Origin: a virus
Lineage: Duplodnaviria; Heunggongvirae; Uroviricota; Caudoviricetes
Reading direction: 5' to 3' (one strand)
Length of the DNA: 64,000 bases
Virus record (IMG/VR): IMGVR_UViG_3300005253_000530
Shown piece after piece: positions 9,423-18,946 of the stretch. The notes beneath the pieces are model-generated. The model searched no databases. It saw only the letters and a program-made list of their open reading frames with translations, and was not told where the DNA came from. Made by a program: the position numbers and the translations under genes. How positions within the stretch are numbered: position 1 is the stretch's first letter; every line of letters starts with the position of its first letter.

Positions 9423-10790
9423 CTATTTCAGTGCTGTGGATAAATATTTAGACACTTCCTCTATAAGAACGTCTCTTTGGTTCATCGATTGATCCTCTAT
9501 TACTATAGATAATAAATAGTTTAGTATATGACCTATAGTAGGACCAGGCTTCAAATTGAATTCTTCTATGAGTACGGTGCCATCTATATTCAGATCTTTA
9601 ACATGTAGCACTCTAGATTGATTATAGACTTGTTTTATACGTTTCTCAAAAGATATTTGTCTCGGTGATATTTCACTGAGATTTAGACCATTTGCTGCTC
9701 TGTCAGCTTTTCTTAGTAAAAATACTGGCATACGGCTTAGCTTTTTTATTTCTTTGTTCGAGATATGTATTTTAGCTATAAATCTGCGAACTGCTGCATC
9801 TGACCACCTATTAGGCTCATAGTTGTACATATGATTATATATTAGGTCAGATACTACTAATGCCATTTCTTTGTCGAATTTTAACCTTCTTAGTATGCGC
9901 CTCGCCATTTTTGCGCCGGTGACTTCATGATTATAGAACGTTACTTTATATTTGCCTCCTCTTACAACCTCTTCTCTTACCTGTGGCTTGCCGACATCAT
10001 GTAATAAAGCTGCTAATCTCAATACCAAGTCTCTTTCGGCATTACCACAAGCTGTTAAGCAATGAGTTAATACATCATATTTATGATATTTCCTGTTTTG
10101 TGTTACCCCGTCACATATACTTAGTTCAGGTATGATCATATGCATAAGACCTGAGTCGTGCATTGTTCTCAGATATTTTGAAGGCTTTTGGCTCATAACT
10201 ATTTTTATGAACTCAAATTTTATTCTATTTATAGATACTTTCTTTACTAATGCATGGTTTGATTTAATCGCATAAAATAAATTGCTATCTATTCTGTAAT
10301 TGAGGTGTGCTGCCAGCGACAGAGTTTCCATCATAATAGCTGGATTTTGTTTCGTAACTAGATCTGCCTTTCCAATGACTTTAATTTTTCTGTTCCGAAT
10401 ATCGTTTCGACCACGATAAATGTCTATAAGACCTTTTGGGCCTTTTGATGCTATAGGTAGATACATCGCATTTACTGTAAATGCCTTTTCTTTTGCATCC
10501 TCCTTTAATGTGAAATATGGACTATATTTACCTCTTTTCTTTGGATTCCGTATAATGAAATTTATGTCATCTGTGGAAAACGAGATACATCCCTTTAACT
10601 TCTCTATTTTTAGATTTTTACGATGCCGGCGTAAATATTTTGATACTGTTTGTAATGATATTTGTCTTACTACTATCTCTATTTTGGTGGACTTTTTTCG
10701 CCTCACAAGATTACAAACGTATCTGCCTGCATAATATATTTCAGCCGGAGTCTCCTTGTTTAGTTTCTTCAGTATTGATATTATTTTCAT
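9423..10790 (-). CDS. CCA-adding-enzyme/poly(A)-polymerase family protein with HD domain; head-domain catalytic motifs degenerate
   Basis: Class-II NTase body motifs FTVNAMYL, DIYRGRNDIRNRKIKVIG, ETLSLAAHLNYRID and HD motif LLHDVGKP; but GGxxRD...DxD replaced by AGRYVCN...KIEIV. Confidence 0.65.
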   Translation of the reverse strand: MKIISILKKLNKETPAEIYYAGRYVCNLVRRKKSTKIEIVVRQISLQTVSKYLRRHRKNLKIEKLKGCISFSTDDINFIIRNPKKRGKYSPYFTLKEDAKEKAFTVNAMYLPIASKGPKGLIDIYRGRNDIRNRKIKVIGKADLVTKQNPAIMMETLSLAAHLNYRIDSNLFYAIKSNHALVKKVSINRIKFEFIKIVMSQKPSKYLRTMHDSGLMHMIIPELSICDGVTQNRKYHKYDVLTHCLTACGNAERDLVLRLAALLHDVGKPQVREEVVRGGKYKVTFYNHEVTGAKMARRILRRLKFDKEMALVVSDLIYNHMYNYEPNRWSDAAVRRFIAKIHISNKEIKKLSRMPVFLLRKADRAANGLNLSEISPRQISFEKRIKQVYNQSRVLHVKDLNIDGTVLIEEFNLKPGPTIGHILNYLLSIVIEDQSMNQRDVLIEEVSKYLSTALK

Positions 10791-11604
10791 GTTTTATACG
10801 CGCTCCGTATTTTTTCACAAGTAAATCTTTCAGATTTTGTATTCTTATATGTAAAGTTGATGCTTCCACACCAAATGGGCCGCTTAGCTCTCTTTCAGTT
10901 TCTCCACCTACATAATGTCTGTACAATAGGTCGTAATCTTCCTCTGATAGACTTTCTTTTATTTCTTTCACAAACACAATGTTGGAGAAGGCTGAATCAT
11001 CTGTTGTGGCTGTTGCGGCTATGGTGTCCAGATTGGTATAAATTATTTCAGGAAAGGATACTGGAGAGAGCTCCGCACGCTCTAATAATTGTATAACTGA
11101 AGTATGAGATCTGTCAGCTAAATTTTGAATACTTTGCTGTATTCTGATAACATCCTCCATAAGAGATTCTTTGTTTTTTGGAGGATTGTCCTTATAATAT
11201 TCGGAAGCTGTCCATATATCTACAAAAGTTAACCGTCTAAGACCATCCATTTTTTCTAGAACTTTTTGTAGTGATTCTGTTAGATTTGCTGCATTCTTTA
11301 CATATTGAGGTATCTTTATATTGCTCCCTTGCGTGGTTATGTACTCACGAAGAGCGTCCTTGATTTTATAAATAGCATAAATTCTAAACTTCTCACTTCT
11401 TTCCCGCTCGAAATCTCTATAGGCTCTCGCCAAGCCGATTAGACCCTCCTGGCGCAGGTCTTCCTTGTCTACACCGGTAATAGCTGAAAGTTTATTTGAT
11501 AGAAAGCTGATGTCTTTCTCGTATTTTTTTAATAACTGTTCGGCCTGCTCCTTAGTATCTGCGAGAAAGTGCTTACTAAAAACTTCACCGTCACGTATTG
11601 GCAT
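10741..11604 (-). CDS. sigma-70 family RNA polymerase sigma factor
   Basis: Region 2 DLRQEGLIGLARAYRDFERERSEKFRIYAIYKIKDALREYI and region-4-like C-terminus. Confidence 0.8.
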   Translation of the reverse strand: MPIRDGEVFSKHFLADTKEQAEQLLKKYEKDISFLSNKLSAITGVDKEDLRQEGLIGLARAYRDFERERSEKFRIYAIYKIKDALREYITTQGSNIKIPQYVKNAANLTESLQKVLEKMDGLRRLTFVDIWTASEYYKDNPPKNKESLMEDVIRIQQSIQNLADRSHTSVIQLLERAELSPVSFPEIIYTNLDTIAATATTDDSAFSNIVFVKEIKESLSEEDYDLLYRHYVGGETERELSGPFGVEASTLHIRIQNLKDLLVKKYGARIKHENNINTEETKQGDSG

Positions 11605-12081
11605 GTTAACTCTCCTTTAGTTAAGTTGTCCTTTTATATTTGCTATAGTATTTAATATCTATAAATCATTTTTATGTTAGCCTGCCTCCTTTCTGCAACA
11701 TATCATATATAATACCGGAATAAATCAATTCTTCTCGTTCTGTCAATGGATATTTGTTAAATTTCTGTGCATTTAGGGGTGCTTCTAGTATTTGTAGGTT
11801 ATCTTGATGGTGTAAGCCCCCTTTACTAAGAGGAAGAATATGATCTATAACATATTTTTCTTTTTCAAGCTGTGTTCCTTTTTTTGTTCCGAATTATTAA
11901 TATAATATTTACTATTATACTCTGGATTATTTTGGTGCCATTGCTTCACATATTTACTTCTACAGTGCCTACACTACGAATTCCTGCGGCCCTTACTTTT
12001 ATTCCGCCAACTAAATTCCTCTATATCCTTTTCCTTTTCACACTTAGTACATATTTTTCTCGTCATGGTATATTATTAATA

Positions 12082-13125
12082 TTACATCTCCCTATCAAAA
12101 TTTCTTGGAATATCTACATAATCTCTTTTTATGGTTGATTTTATATGTCCATTATCGAGTAAATATTTTCTACCTTGGTCTGTTATTTTCCTTCCTTTTG
12201 GTGCTCGAAGAATTAGCCCTCGTTGTATAAGATATGGCTCCATAGTTTCAGATATAACTTTTGGTGACTCATTCAGTCGTACAGCTATGTTATCCAGCCC
12301 TATAGGATCTTCAACTTCGTACATCATTTTTAGCATACTAATATCTGTACTATTTAGACCGGTTTTATCAATTCCAAGCTCGCTGAATGTTACTATAGCT
12401 ACATCAGAGGTGACAGCCTCCCGATCAATAGCTGCAGCCATATCTCTACACCTTTCAAGTAAGCTGACCACAACCCTTGGTACTCCTCTGCCTCTCTTTG
12501 CGATTTCCAGTGCAGCTTTCTCGCTTATTTTCATTTTTAACCGCTCTGCATGTACAATAGCTATTTGTATAGACTCTTCTTGTGAATATGGCGTGAATAC
12601 AAATCGCATTTTAAATCTATCTCTAAACGGCTTACTTAACTTGCCGTCATTTGTAGTAGCACCTATTAGTGTAAATGCAGGGCTCCATCGTGTTCTTTCT
12701 GTAGCATCATTAAAAATGTCCAGTGGATCAGATTTCATTTCTCGACTAGTTACTGGTATATACCATTCTTCCATTAATACGCCCATATGTTCTTGGCCAG
12801 CCAGTGACAGGTTGTGTATTTCATCTATAAATATTATATTATGCCGGATACACTTGTCTTTCAGTTTTTTGCCGTATATATCATACCCAGTTCGATCGAA
12901 CTCTTCCACTATCTGTAATAGATCGGATCTACCTTTAATAGAATCACAGGCCACACTCGCAAATTTACCACTAGTTATATCGGCGATATATTTGGATGTA
13001 CTAGTTTTTCCACACCCAGCAGCTCCGCTCATGAGCATATGTGGTATTGATCTGTTTTCTTTGATAGCGGATTTTATAGCAATGTCTATCTGTACAAGAA
13101 TACCTTTATTACCAATCAATTTCAC
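12082..13125 (-). CDS. ruvB: RuvB-like AAA+ ATPase (Holliday-junction branch-migration helicase family)
   Basis: Walker A LMSGAAGCGKTS, Walker B IIFIDEIHNL, C-terminal winged helix ISETMEPYLIQRGLILRAPKGRKIT matching RuvB EPYLIQ..RTPRGR; GTG start with GAGGT RBS. Confidence 0.75.
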   Translation of the reverse strand: MKLIGNKGILVQIDIAIKSAIKENRSIPHMLMSGAAGCGKTSTSKYIADITSGKFASVACDSIKGRSDLLQIVEEFDRTGYDIYGKKLKDKCIRHNIIFIDEIHNLSLAGQEHMGVLMEEWYIPVTSREMKSDPLDIFNDATERTRWSPAFTLIGATTNDGKLSKPFRDRFKMRFVFTPYSQEESIQIAIVHAERLKMKISEKAALEIAKRGRGVPRVVVSLLERCRDMAAAIDREAVTSDVAIVTFSELGIDKTGLNSTDISMLKMMYEVEDPIGLDNIAVRLNESPKVISETMEPYLIQRGLILRAPKGRKITDQGRKYLLDNGHIKSTIKRDYVDIPRNFDREM

Positions 13126-13168
13126 GTAAGTACCTCACTTTTTTAGAATTCTACATATATTATAGAAT

Positions 13169-13197
13169 AATATAGACATTTTGCTAGCTTGTGTCAA
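13169..13197 (-). promoter_or_regulatory. sigma-70-like promoter upstream of ruvB-like gene (TTGACA-N17-TATATT on minus strand)
   Basis: -35 TTGACA at 13197..13192, 17-nt spacer, -10 TATATT at 13174..13169, about 40 nt upstream of start codon. Confidence 0.4.
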
Positions 13198-13209
13198 GTA
13201 AAAAATTCA

Positions 13210-14004
13210 TTATAATCCTGCGTATCCGCTATATCCATATACTTCTTCCATATGAGCTTGGTCCGTAGTTTCAGATTTGTCCCCTTTTTTTTCTCCTTCT
13301 TTTGGTTCTTTATCTGCTGGTATTTCAGCAAGTTTTGGAGCTTTGTAAGTACCCTCTTTAATAGCCTCTATCTTTGTTTTCATTCTCTCAATAGCACTAG
13401 ATATTGGATATTTTGTTGTTCTTCTTATCACAAAAGTTTCTATTTCTTTTTTCTTGTAGGTAGTGATAGGCCTATTATGATACGGAGCACCAGAATAAGC
13501 ATGGTTTACAGGGTTATAGGTTGCAGCTTTGCTAGTAGTTTTGTTAGCAGGTTTGTACGTAGGTTTTATATCGTCCTCTACTAGTTTCTTTGTCGCCTCT
13601 GGTACATTCGTATAACCATCTGTATCAATAAGTCCATTAGGGCGTAGCATATCGTACTCTTTTAGGGCTTCCTGGACACACGTCAGTCTTTCAATGTTCA
13701 CTTCTTCTTTATAGGCAGAATATTTAGTGTAAGAGCCATTTATATTGATTTCCATAAACTTGATCTCGTAATGGCTGAGATTTAGCATTTGAACTTCTTC
13801 ACCCTTCATCAGCCATACGAAAAGATCATTTTTATTGACCAATTGAACATTGATATCAACTAATCCACGCAAACCGAGGAAATACCCGGCAATTACTGGG
13901 CCTTTCTTGTCGGCTTTCGCCGTAAGCCCAACCACCACATATTTGATACCCTTAAGTTTCTCTGTTGTGAATGCTTTTTCTGTGACCATTTTTTCTCCTC
14001 GCAA
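13210..14004 (-). CDS. hypothetical protein
   Basis: 264-aa ORF in operon between ruvB-like and GNAT genes. Confidence 0.5.
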   Translation of the reverse strand: MRGEKMVTEKAFTTEKLKGIKYVVVGLTAKADKKGPVIAGYFLGLRGLVDINVQLVNKNDLFVWLMKGEEVQMLNLSHYEIKFMEININGSYTKYSAYKEEVNIERLTCVQEALKEYDMLRPNGLIDTDGYTNVPEATKKLVEDDIKPTYKPANKTTSKAATYNPVNHAYSGAPYHNRPITTYKKKEIETFVIRRTTKYPISSAIERMKTKIEAIKEGTYKAPKLAEIPADKEPKEGEKKGDKSETTDQAHMEEVYGYSGYAGL

Positions 14005-14404
14005 ATATTATAATATGTCTACCACGACCCCATCTTTTCCCTATAGGTCTCATACCTACCCGTAAATTATTCCTTATATTCGTGTGATTATCACTACCAA
14101 CAGCACCATATACAAATTCAGTAGTAGCCGCTTGAATGCCTTTTTCAAGTAGTTTTTTACCTAGTCCTCTTCTTCTATAATTAGGATGAACGCATAGGTG
14201 CTTGAGCTCAGTCGTAAGGCCATATTGCTCAAGCCCTATCACGCCCGTTATTATTTCTCCATCTAATTCTATTAGATATTTTACTGGACTAAGAAGTATT
14301 GAACTTTCGTTCAGTCGGGCCCATAGCTGATCTCCAGCATTGATCATATCTGCTATCTGTACAGCTATGTTCCTGGCACCGACTGTTAGTACAAATTTAC
14401 TCAT
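13952..14404 (-). CDS. GNAT family N-acetyltransferase
   Basis: Acetyl-CoA-binding motif LCVHPNYRRRGLGKKLLEKG. Confidence 0.75.
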   Translation of the reverse strand: MSKFVLTVGARNIAVQIADMINAGDQLWARLNESSILLSPVKYLIELDGEIITGVIGLEQYGLTTELKHLCVHPNYRRRGLGKKLLEKGIQAATTEFVYGAVGSDNHTNIRNNLRVGMRPIGKRWGRGRHIIIFARRKNGHRKSIHNRET

Positions 14405-14408
14405 TTAC

Positions 14409-15494
14409 TCACATGTCTCCCCTCATTAAGGCGGCTATTACGGCTTGTGCTTCTTCATCATTACGAACATTACGCATAACTCTGGTCATACCGCCATTAG
14501 GAGCCTCATCTGCTACTGCTGCACCAACCGCTCGGCCCCGTCTTGCTGCAGGCGCCGGTCTTGCTGCAGGACGTTCTTCTCTAGCAGGAGCCTCAATTTC
14601 ATTGATCTTGGCCCGGAATGCTTCCACATATTTCTGTAAAGCTGTTCCTTGTAGACCGGGGCCGCTGTTGATCTCGATAAGATAAGGGTTATTGTCCAAT
14701 CCAATTGCGCAATCGACCGCACCAAAGTCCAAACCGGTAACTTCTACGGACTTTATGGCCATAGCCTTCAATGCGTCTGAAACATTATTTAACGTGACGC
14801 CGGAAAACTTCCATCCCCTTTTGTTGCTTCGGACTATACGATCTGGCAGTTCAGCTTCCTTCACTAACAGGCTAAGAACATAATTCAAAGTGGATTCATC
14901 CAGATTTTGATTATTTTTCTGTGCATAATCTAGCACTTTTTCTTTACGCTGTGCGATCCAGCCGGCATCGGTCGGGTTTTCAACCTTCTTTACTGCATAT
15001 ATAACCTGACCAAAAGCCACATGGAGCCGATATTCGTCTTTGATGTCAATATAGTTCTGAAAATACTGGGCACCGTCATGAATGGCTCTTTCAACATGTT
15101 GCTTATTTAAACATGTCCAGAATCCTTTACCGCCCTGGTGAAAATTTGTGCGACCAACAAGCGGCAATTTGATGTCACTTCTCCGCCGGTCCATTGCAGC
15201 TATGACCTCATCAGCTCCGCAAAAGGCTGAGATAGCCGGTTTTGTCGCTCGATTTCCATACAAAGATGTCAATGTACTCATTTTGTTCCGGTTGTTTCGA
15301 ATTTTATCCGGGTGATTAAGTATGGTTGCGTTATCCAAACGTACAGCCGCATCTGTCTTGGCTCCCCATCCGATTATGATATCACCATTTTGGATACTCC
15401 GGGGCTTTGACTTTGTACCAGTTAATCCCAATGCGTCCGCTAAAGCCTGGCCGGTTACATCAGTTGCTCCACTAAACCAAATATATTTTGACAT
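14409..15494 (-). CDS. ATP-grasp ligase (RimK/alpha-L-glutamate-ligase-like) with GC-rich Ala/Arg/Pro-rich C-terminal tail
   Basis: ATP-grasp motifs EYRLHVAFGQV, GLDFGAVDCAIGLDNNPYLIEINSGPGLQG; last about 60 aa PAREERPAARPAPAARRGRAVGAAVADEAPNGG encoded by locally GC-rich DNA. Confidence 0.75.
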   Translation of the reverse strand: MSKYIWFSGATDVTGQALADALGLTGTKSKPRSIQNGDIIIGWGAKTDAAVRLDNATILNHPDKIRNNRNKMSTLTSLYGNRATKPAISAFCGADEVIAAMDRRRSDIKLPLVGRTNFHQGGKGFWTCLNKQHVERAIHDGAQYFQNYIDIKDEYRLHVAFGQVIYAVKKVENPTDAGWIAQRKEKVLDYAQKNNQNLDESTLNYVLSLLVKEAELPDRIVRSNKRGWKFSGVTLNNVSDALKAMAIKSVEVTGLDFGAVDCAIGLDNNPYLIEINSGPGLQGTALQKYVEAFRAKINEIEAPAREERPAARPAPAARRGRAVGAAVADEAPNGGMTRVMRNVRNDEEAQAVIAALMRGDM

Positions 15495-15764
15495 GTTATT
15501 TCTCCTTATTTTAATAGGTTAAAATCCCTTTCTACTCCACTCCTCCTATTTAGCTACCACCGTGTCTATACTGACAGGCGCTGTGACAACCGCTGTTATC
15601 TCGTCTTTTGCTGGGTTTGCAGTCATGGTGACAAAAGACTGACTATTAGGAAAGCTATAGCGTGCCTCAATATACTCTGCTATAGCCTGCAAGATATTAT
15701 CGTTCGTCAAAGTAAATATAGATTTCTCTTTATTGCCTAATAGTTCCATGTTATTCCCCCCTTG

Positions 15765-17108
15765 TTATATTATGAAATTACTATTACCAACCCATGTGTG
15801 CTTCAATCCTTTCTCCCTTTCATTCAGCACATTCTGAGGTAATCTAACTACCTCTATAAATTTATCTATATAATCAGCATACTCTCTGTATGTCTGTAAT
15901 GACCTGTATCTTGACTTTAGCTCATCGAAATAACTTTTTCTGAATTCTATTTCCCATTTATGTAATATATTTTGCATAGCTCCAGAGCTAGAAGTAGTAT
16001 TAAATGCCTTTGTAATTTCTATATTCTTCCATTGATCAAAAGACATATCGAAGAAAGTCAAATCAGTGTGGGCATACCAATCATCGGTCTCTTGGTGTTC
16101 TTCGGTCATAATCAAAGAATGCTTAAAATTACCATCTTCTAAGGCTCTAAAATATGCGTGAGCTATAGCTTTTACTGTGCCTATGACTATTCTGGCCAGT
16201 TCTGGATGAGTTAACCACTCACCACTTAAAGTACGATACTCTAATCTATTATGATCAGTCTTGTGATCTCCAAAGCGACCAAATGACTTTCTACGCTTCA
16301 TTCCATTCTTTTTACCATCAAGCTTCATCATTGGTACAGCTACATAATCGTCTAATATTCTTTGTAGACACGCGTACACTGCGTGTGAGTAATTACTACC
16401 AAATGAACTTATCTTTTGAGCTAAATTTGCTGGTGTCCCTAAATGTATGTGGCCTCCAACAGGCCAGTCCCTTCGACTGTTGTCAGGATCCGCACCCGAT
16501 TCATGCCCAGAATGGTTACACCCACCGACCCATTCATACAGAGCTATTAACTTTGTATTAGGGTGATTTGTTAGTATGCCATGTATATTACTTACAAAAT
16601 CTTCTACTAGTATCGCAGGCTTTGGCCTTAGTTCAGCCAATGGCCCGTCTGATCCGAGCTCGTCATTATGACTCAGATTATTTACTTTTGATGCATACAT
16701 TATGTTACCATCCTTATTAAATAACATAAACTCAGGGTCACCGCCTACTACTGTGTCCTCAACTGTATCTGCTAACCATATATTCTCTTTACTCCCGCTA
16801 CCGTTCTTACAGACATAGCTAAATATAGTAGAAGTTACAAAACCAACCCTTTCAAAATCGTCAGCACTCATAGATTCTTTAGCTTTTTTTAGATCTGAAG
16901 AGTAAGCTTGGAATATTTCGAGACTTTTACTTCTGTTTATTCGTCCATTTGTATCAGTATTAGGCCATACCTCTACAACTTTTTCATCAGCTAGCCCAAG
17001 ATTTTCTCTAGCTTTTACTCCTAGTCTGATCAGACCGTTTTCATTCCTATCATTCTTTCTGTTGGAATCCATTCGGTCTGATATGACTAATATTAATGGA
17101 GCTTTCAT
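15765..17108 (-). CDS. GCS2/glutamine-synthetase-like carboxylate-amine ligase (amidoligase), paralog B
   Basis: GGDPEFMLFNKDGN ... GSDGPLAELRPKP ... GGHIHLG; shared with 22726..23928 and 41042..42268. Confidence 0.6.
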   Translation of the reverse strand: MKAPLILVISDRMDSNRKNDRNENGLIRLGVKARENLGLADEKVVEVWPNTDTNGRINRSKSLEIFQAYSSDLKKAKESMSADDFERVGFVTSTIFSYVCKNGSGSKENIWLADTVEDTVVGGDPEFMLFNKDGNIMYASKVNNLSHNDELGSDGPLAELRPKPAILVEDFVSNIHGILTNHPNTKLIALYEWVGGCNHSGHESGADPDNSRRDWPVGGHIHLGTPANLAQKISSFGSNYSHAVYACLQRILDDYVAVPMMKLDGKKNGMKRRKSFGRFGDHKTDHNRLEYRTLSGEWLTHPELARIVIGTVKAIAHAYFRALEDGNFKHSLIMTEEHQETDDWYAHTDLTFFDMSFDQWKNIEITKAFNTTSSSGAMQNILHKWEIEFRKSYFDELKSRYRSLQTYREYADYIDKFIEVVRLPQNVLNEREKGLKHTWVGNSNFII

Positions 17109-17120
17109 ACGTCATCCCTC

Positions 17121-18944
17121 CTAACTTTTTGTTTCTTTTGCTTTCTTAATGACTTCTTTTACCTCTTTAATCATTTCTTGTTCTCGGGTATTAAATACTT
17201 CTGCTATTTTATCCATGTTCACTGAAATGTCACTTCCAGACACTGCGTTAAACAGTCTGGCTCTTGCACTAAGATTTTGGCCCTTTCCATTGCTAATACT
17301 TGAAGTCACATCATAGAATTTTGCAAGTGCTAGAACCATAGACTTCAATCCAGCTATATGACTTTCTCTGCGTTTAGATTTCTCGTCGTCAGCTGAAGAT
17401 GGGCCTTCTGATTTTTTCATAGCTGTTTCATATCCGGCCATGAACCCGTCCTTCCAGTTGATATTGAATGCTCTGTTGGCTACCATAACTATGCCAAGCT
17501 GTTCGGCTTTCTTCTCATTTTGAATATCTATAGCAGAAATAAGATCTTCCATGTTCCCATATCCCTTTTTATCTATAGGCATGTCAGTATATGCATTAGT
17601 AGCAGCTTCTATAATCTCTTTGGGATATTGCTTCATGTTAACTTCAGTTACTTTGATATCTTTTTCATCTATATCTATGACTTCATCATCTGATCCTTTA
17701 TTCTCAGTATATGTTGTTTTGTCATCGATATCCACCGAAGAGTCACTATCTTTTTGCTCAATAGTATCCTTGTCTCCATCATCAGTGTCTGATTTTTTAT
17801 TAGCTATTATCATTGCTGTTGTAGTAGATCCAGTGGTTGTATTCTTTACTGTTTTGACCTCGTCAGTATCTACAGATATAGCAGCAGACTCGTCATCTTG
17901 TATTTCAGTATCTCCAATTTTTACTACATACTTTTTCGTAATCTTATCAAATACTCTACGTGTTGGTTCTTCCTTTTTCTCATCGGGTTTATTATAAGAG
18001 TACGGCTTACCGTAATTTTTACCGGTGCTATATGTCGTAGCAGTTGTAGCTATCCATATTTTGCTACTTCGCTCTATTTTACTCCACTCACCTAGGTCAT
18101 CAATGGTAGTATCTTCTGTAACCTGCTGAGTCAAATCAAATATCATAGCGGAATCATCTGGCAGACTTTTCTTTTCAACAAGCTTTTTATTGAGAAAGGT
18201 TGGTAGATCCGAACCACAAAGCTCAGGATAATATCTAGGCCATCTTACATATCTGAAATGTATTTTATTCCAGAACTTTTCTTCAGATATTATTAGTAAT
18301 ATACCGTATTCTTTCAGCAGCACAAATTCTACAGGGCGACTATCACGAAATATTGGTACTTGATATGGGTTATCAGCATTGAACAGGGAGATTGCAAACT
18401 GACCATCTAGTCTATTTACTATATTTTGTATCATATTCATAGTAAATGGCTCTTTGCCACAGTTCGTGTAATGATCAAATAGCCTGAATATTGCTTCACT
18501 GTCTACTTTTCCATCTCGTTTGCATCCAAGCTTTTTGAATATTTCATCTGGATTCCTAATCACTCCATTATGAATGCCTATTAAATTACCAATTTTGATA
18601 GGGTGATTATTTTCATTGTCTTCTTTATCACCGGCTGTAGCAGCTCGACAATGTCCCAGAAAAATTCTACTAGGGGCTTTATGTTCTCTCCACACTTTTA
18701 ACAGGCTGCCGTACCATTCTTTCGATTCACCAAACATAGATAAGTAATCAGTGGCTCGTTGGCCTCTTTTTAATCCCATATATTTGCCATCATCGAACAA
18801 TATGGCTGCTCCTGTGGCATCTTTGCCTCTTTCTTCGGTGGCTATCAGCAGTTCGGTTGTGAAGTATTGCATTACCCCTTGCCTTACGATTTCGTCCTTT
18901 TCGCTTAATTTGCCGAATGCCAGTGCAACTACTATTCCGCACAT
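17121..18944 (-). CDS. class-II glutamine amidotransferase (Ntn, N-terminal Cys) with long low-complexity C-terminal extension
   Basis: MCGIVVALAFG N-terminus (catalytic Cys2), GHCRAATAG, Gn_AT_II-type core; Thr/Asp/Ser-rich linker then C-terminal domain. Confidence 0.7.
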   Translation of the reverse strand: MCGIVVALAFGKLSEKDEIVRQGVMQYFTTELLIATEERGKDATGAAILFDDGKYMGLKRGQRATDYLSMFGESKEWYGSLLKVWREHKAPSRIFLGHCRAATAGDKEDNENNHPIKIGNLIGIHNGVIRNPDEIFKKLGCKRDGKVDSEAIFRLFDHYTNCGKEPFTMNMIQNIVNRLDGQFAISLFNADNPYQVPIFRDSRPVEFVLLKEYGILLIISEEKFWNKIHFRYVRWPRYYPELCGSDLPTFLNKKLVEKKSLPDDSAMIFDLTQQVTEDTTIDDLGEWSKIERSSKIWIATTATTYSTGKNYGKPYSYNKPDEKKEEPTRRVFDKITKKYVVKIGDTEIQDDESAAISVDTDEVKTVKNTTTGSTTTAMIIANKKSDTDDGDKDTIEQKDSDSSVDIDDKTTYTENKGSDDEVIDIDEKDIKVTEVNMKQYPKEIIEAATNAYTDMPIDKKGYGNMEDLISAIDIQNEKKAEQLGIVMVANRAFNINWKDGFMAGYETAMKKSEGPSSADDEKSKRRESHIAGLKSMVLALAKFYDVTSSISNGKGQNLSARARLFNAVSGSDISVNMDKIAEVFNTREQEMIKEVKEVIKKAKETKS

Positions 18945-18946
18945 AT

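Noticed and set aside
12131-13129. 332-aa plus-strand ORF
   Set aside because: Entirely antisense to the well-supported RuvB-like gene; low-complexity Ser/Ile-rich translation, no RBS; shadow ORF.
14413-14685. Plus-strand ORFs of 90 and 64 aa (also 14445..14639)
   Set aside because: Artefacts of the local GC-rich stretch inside the ATP-grasp gene (Ala/Arg/Pro-rich antisense translation).
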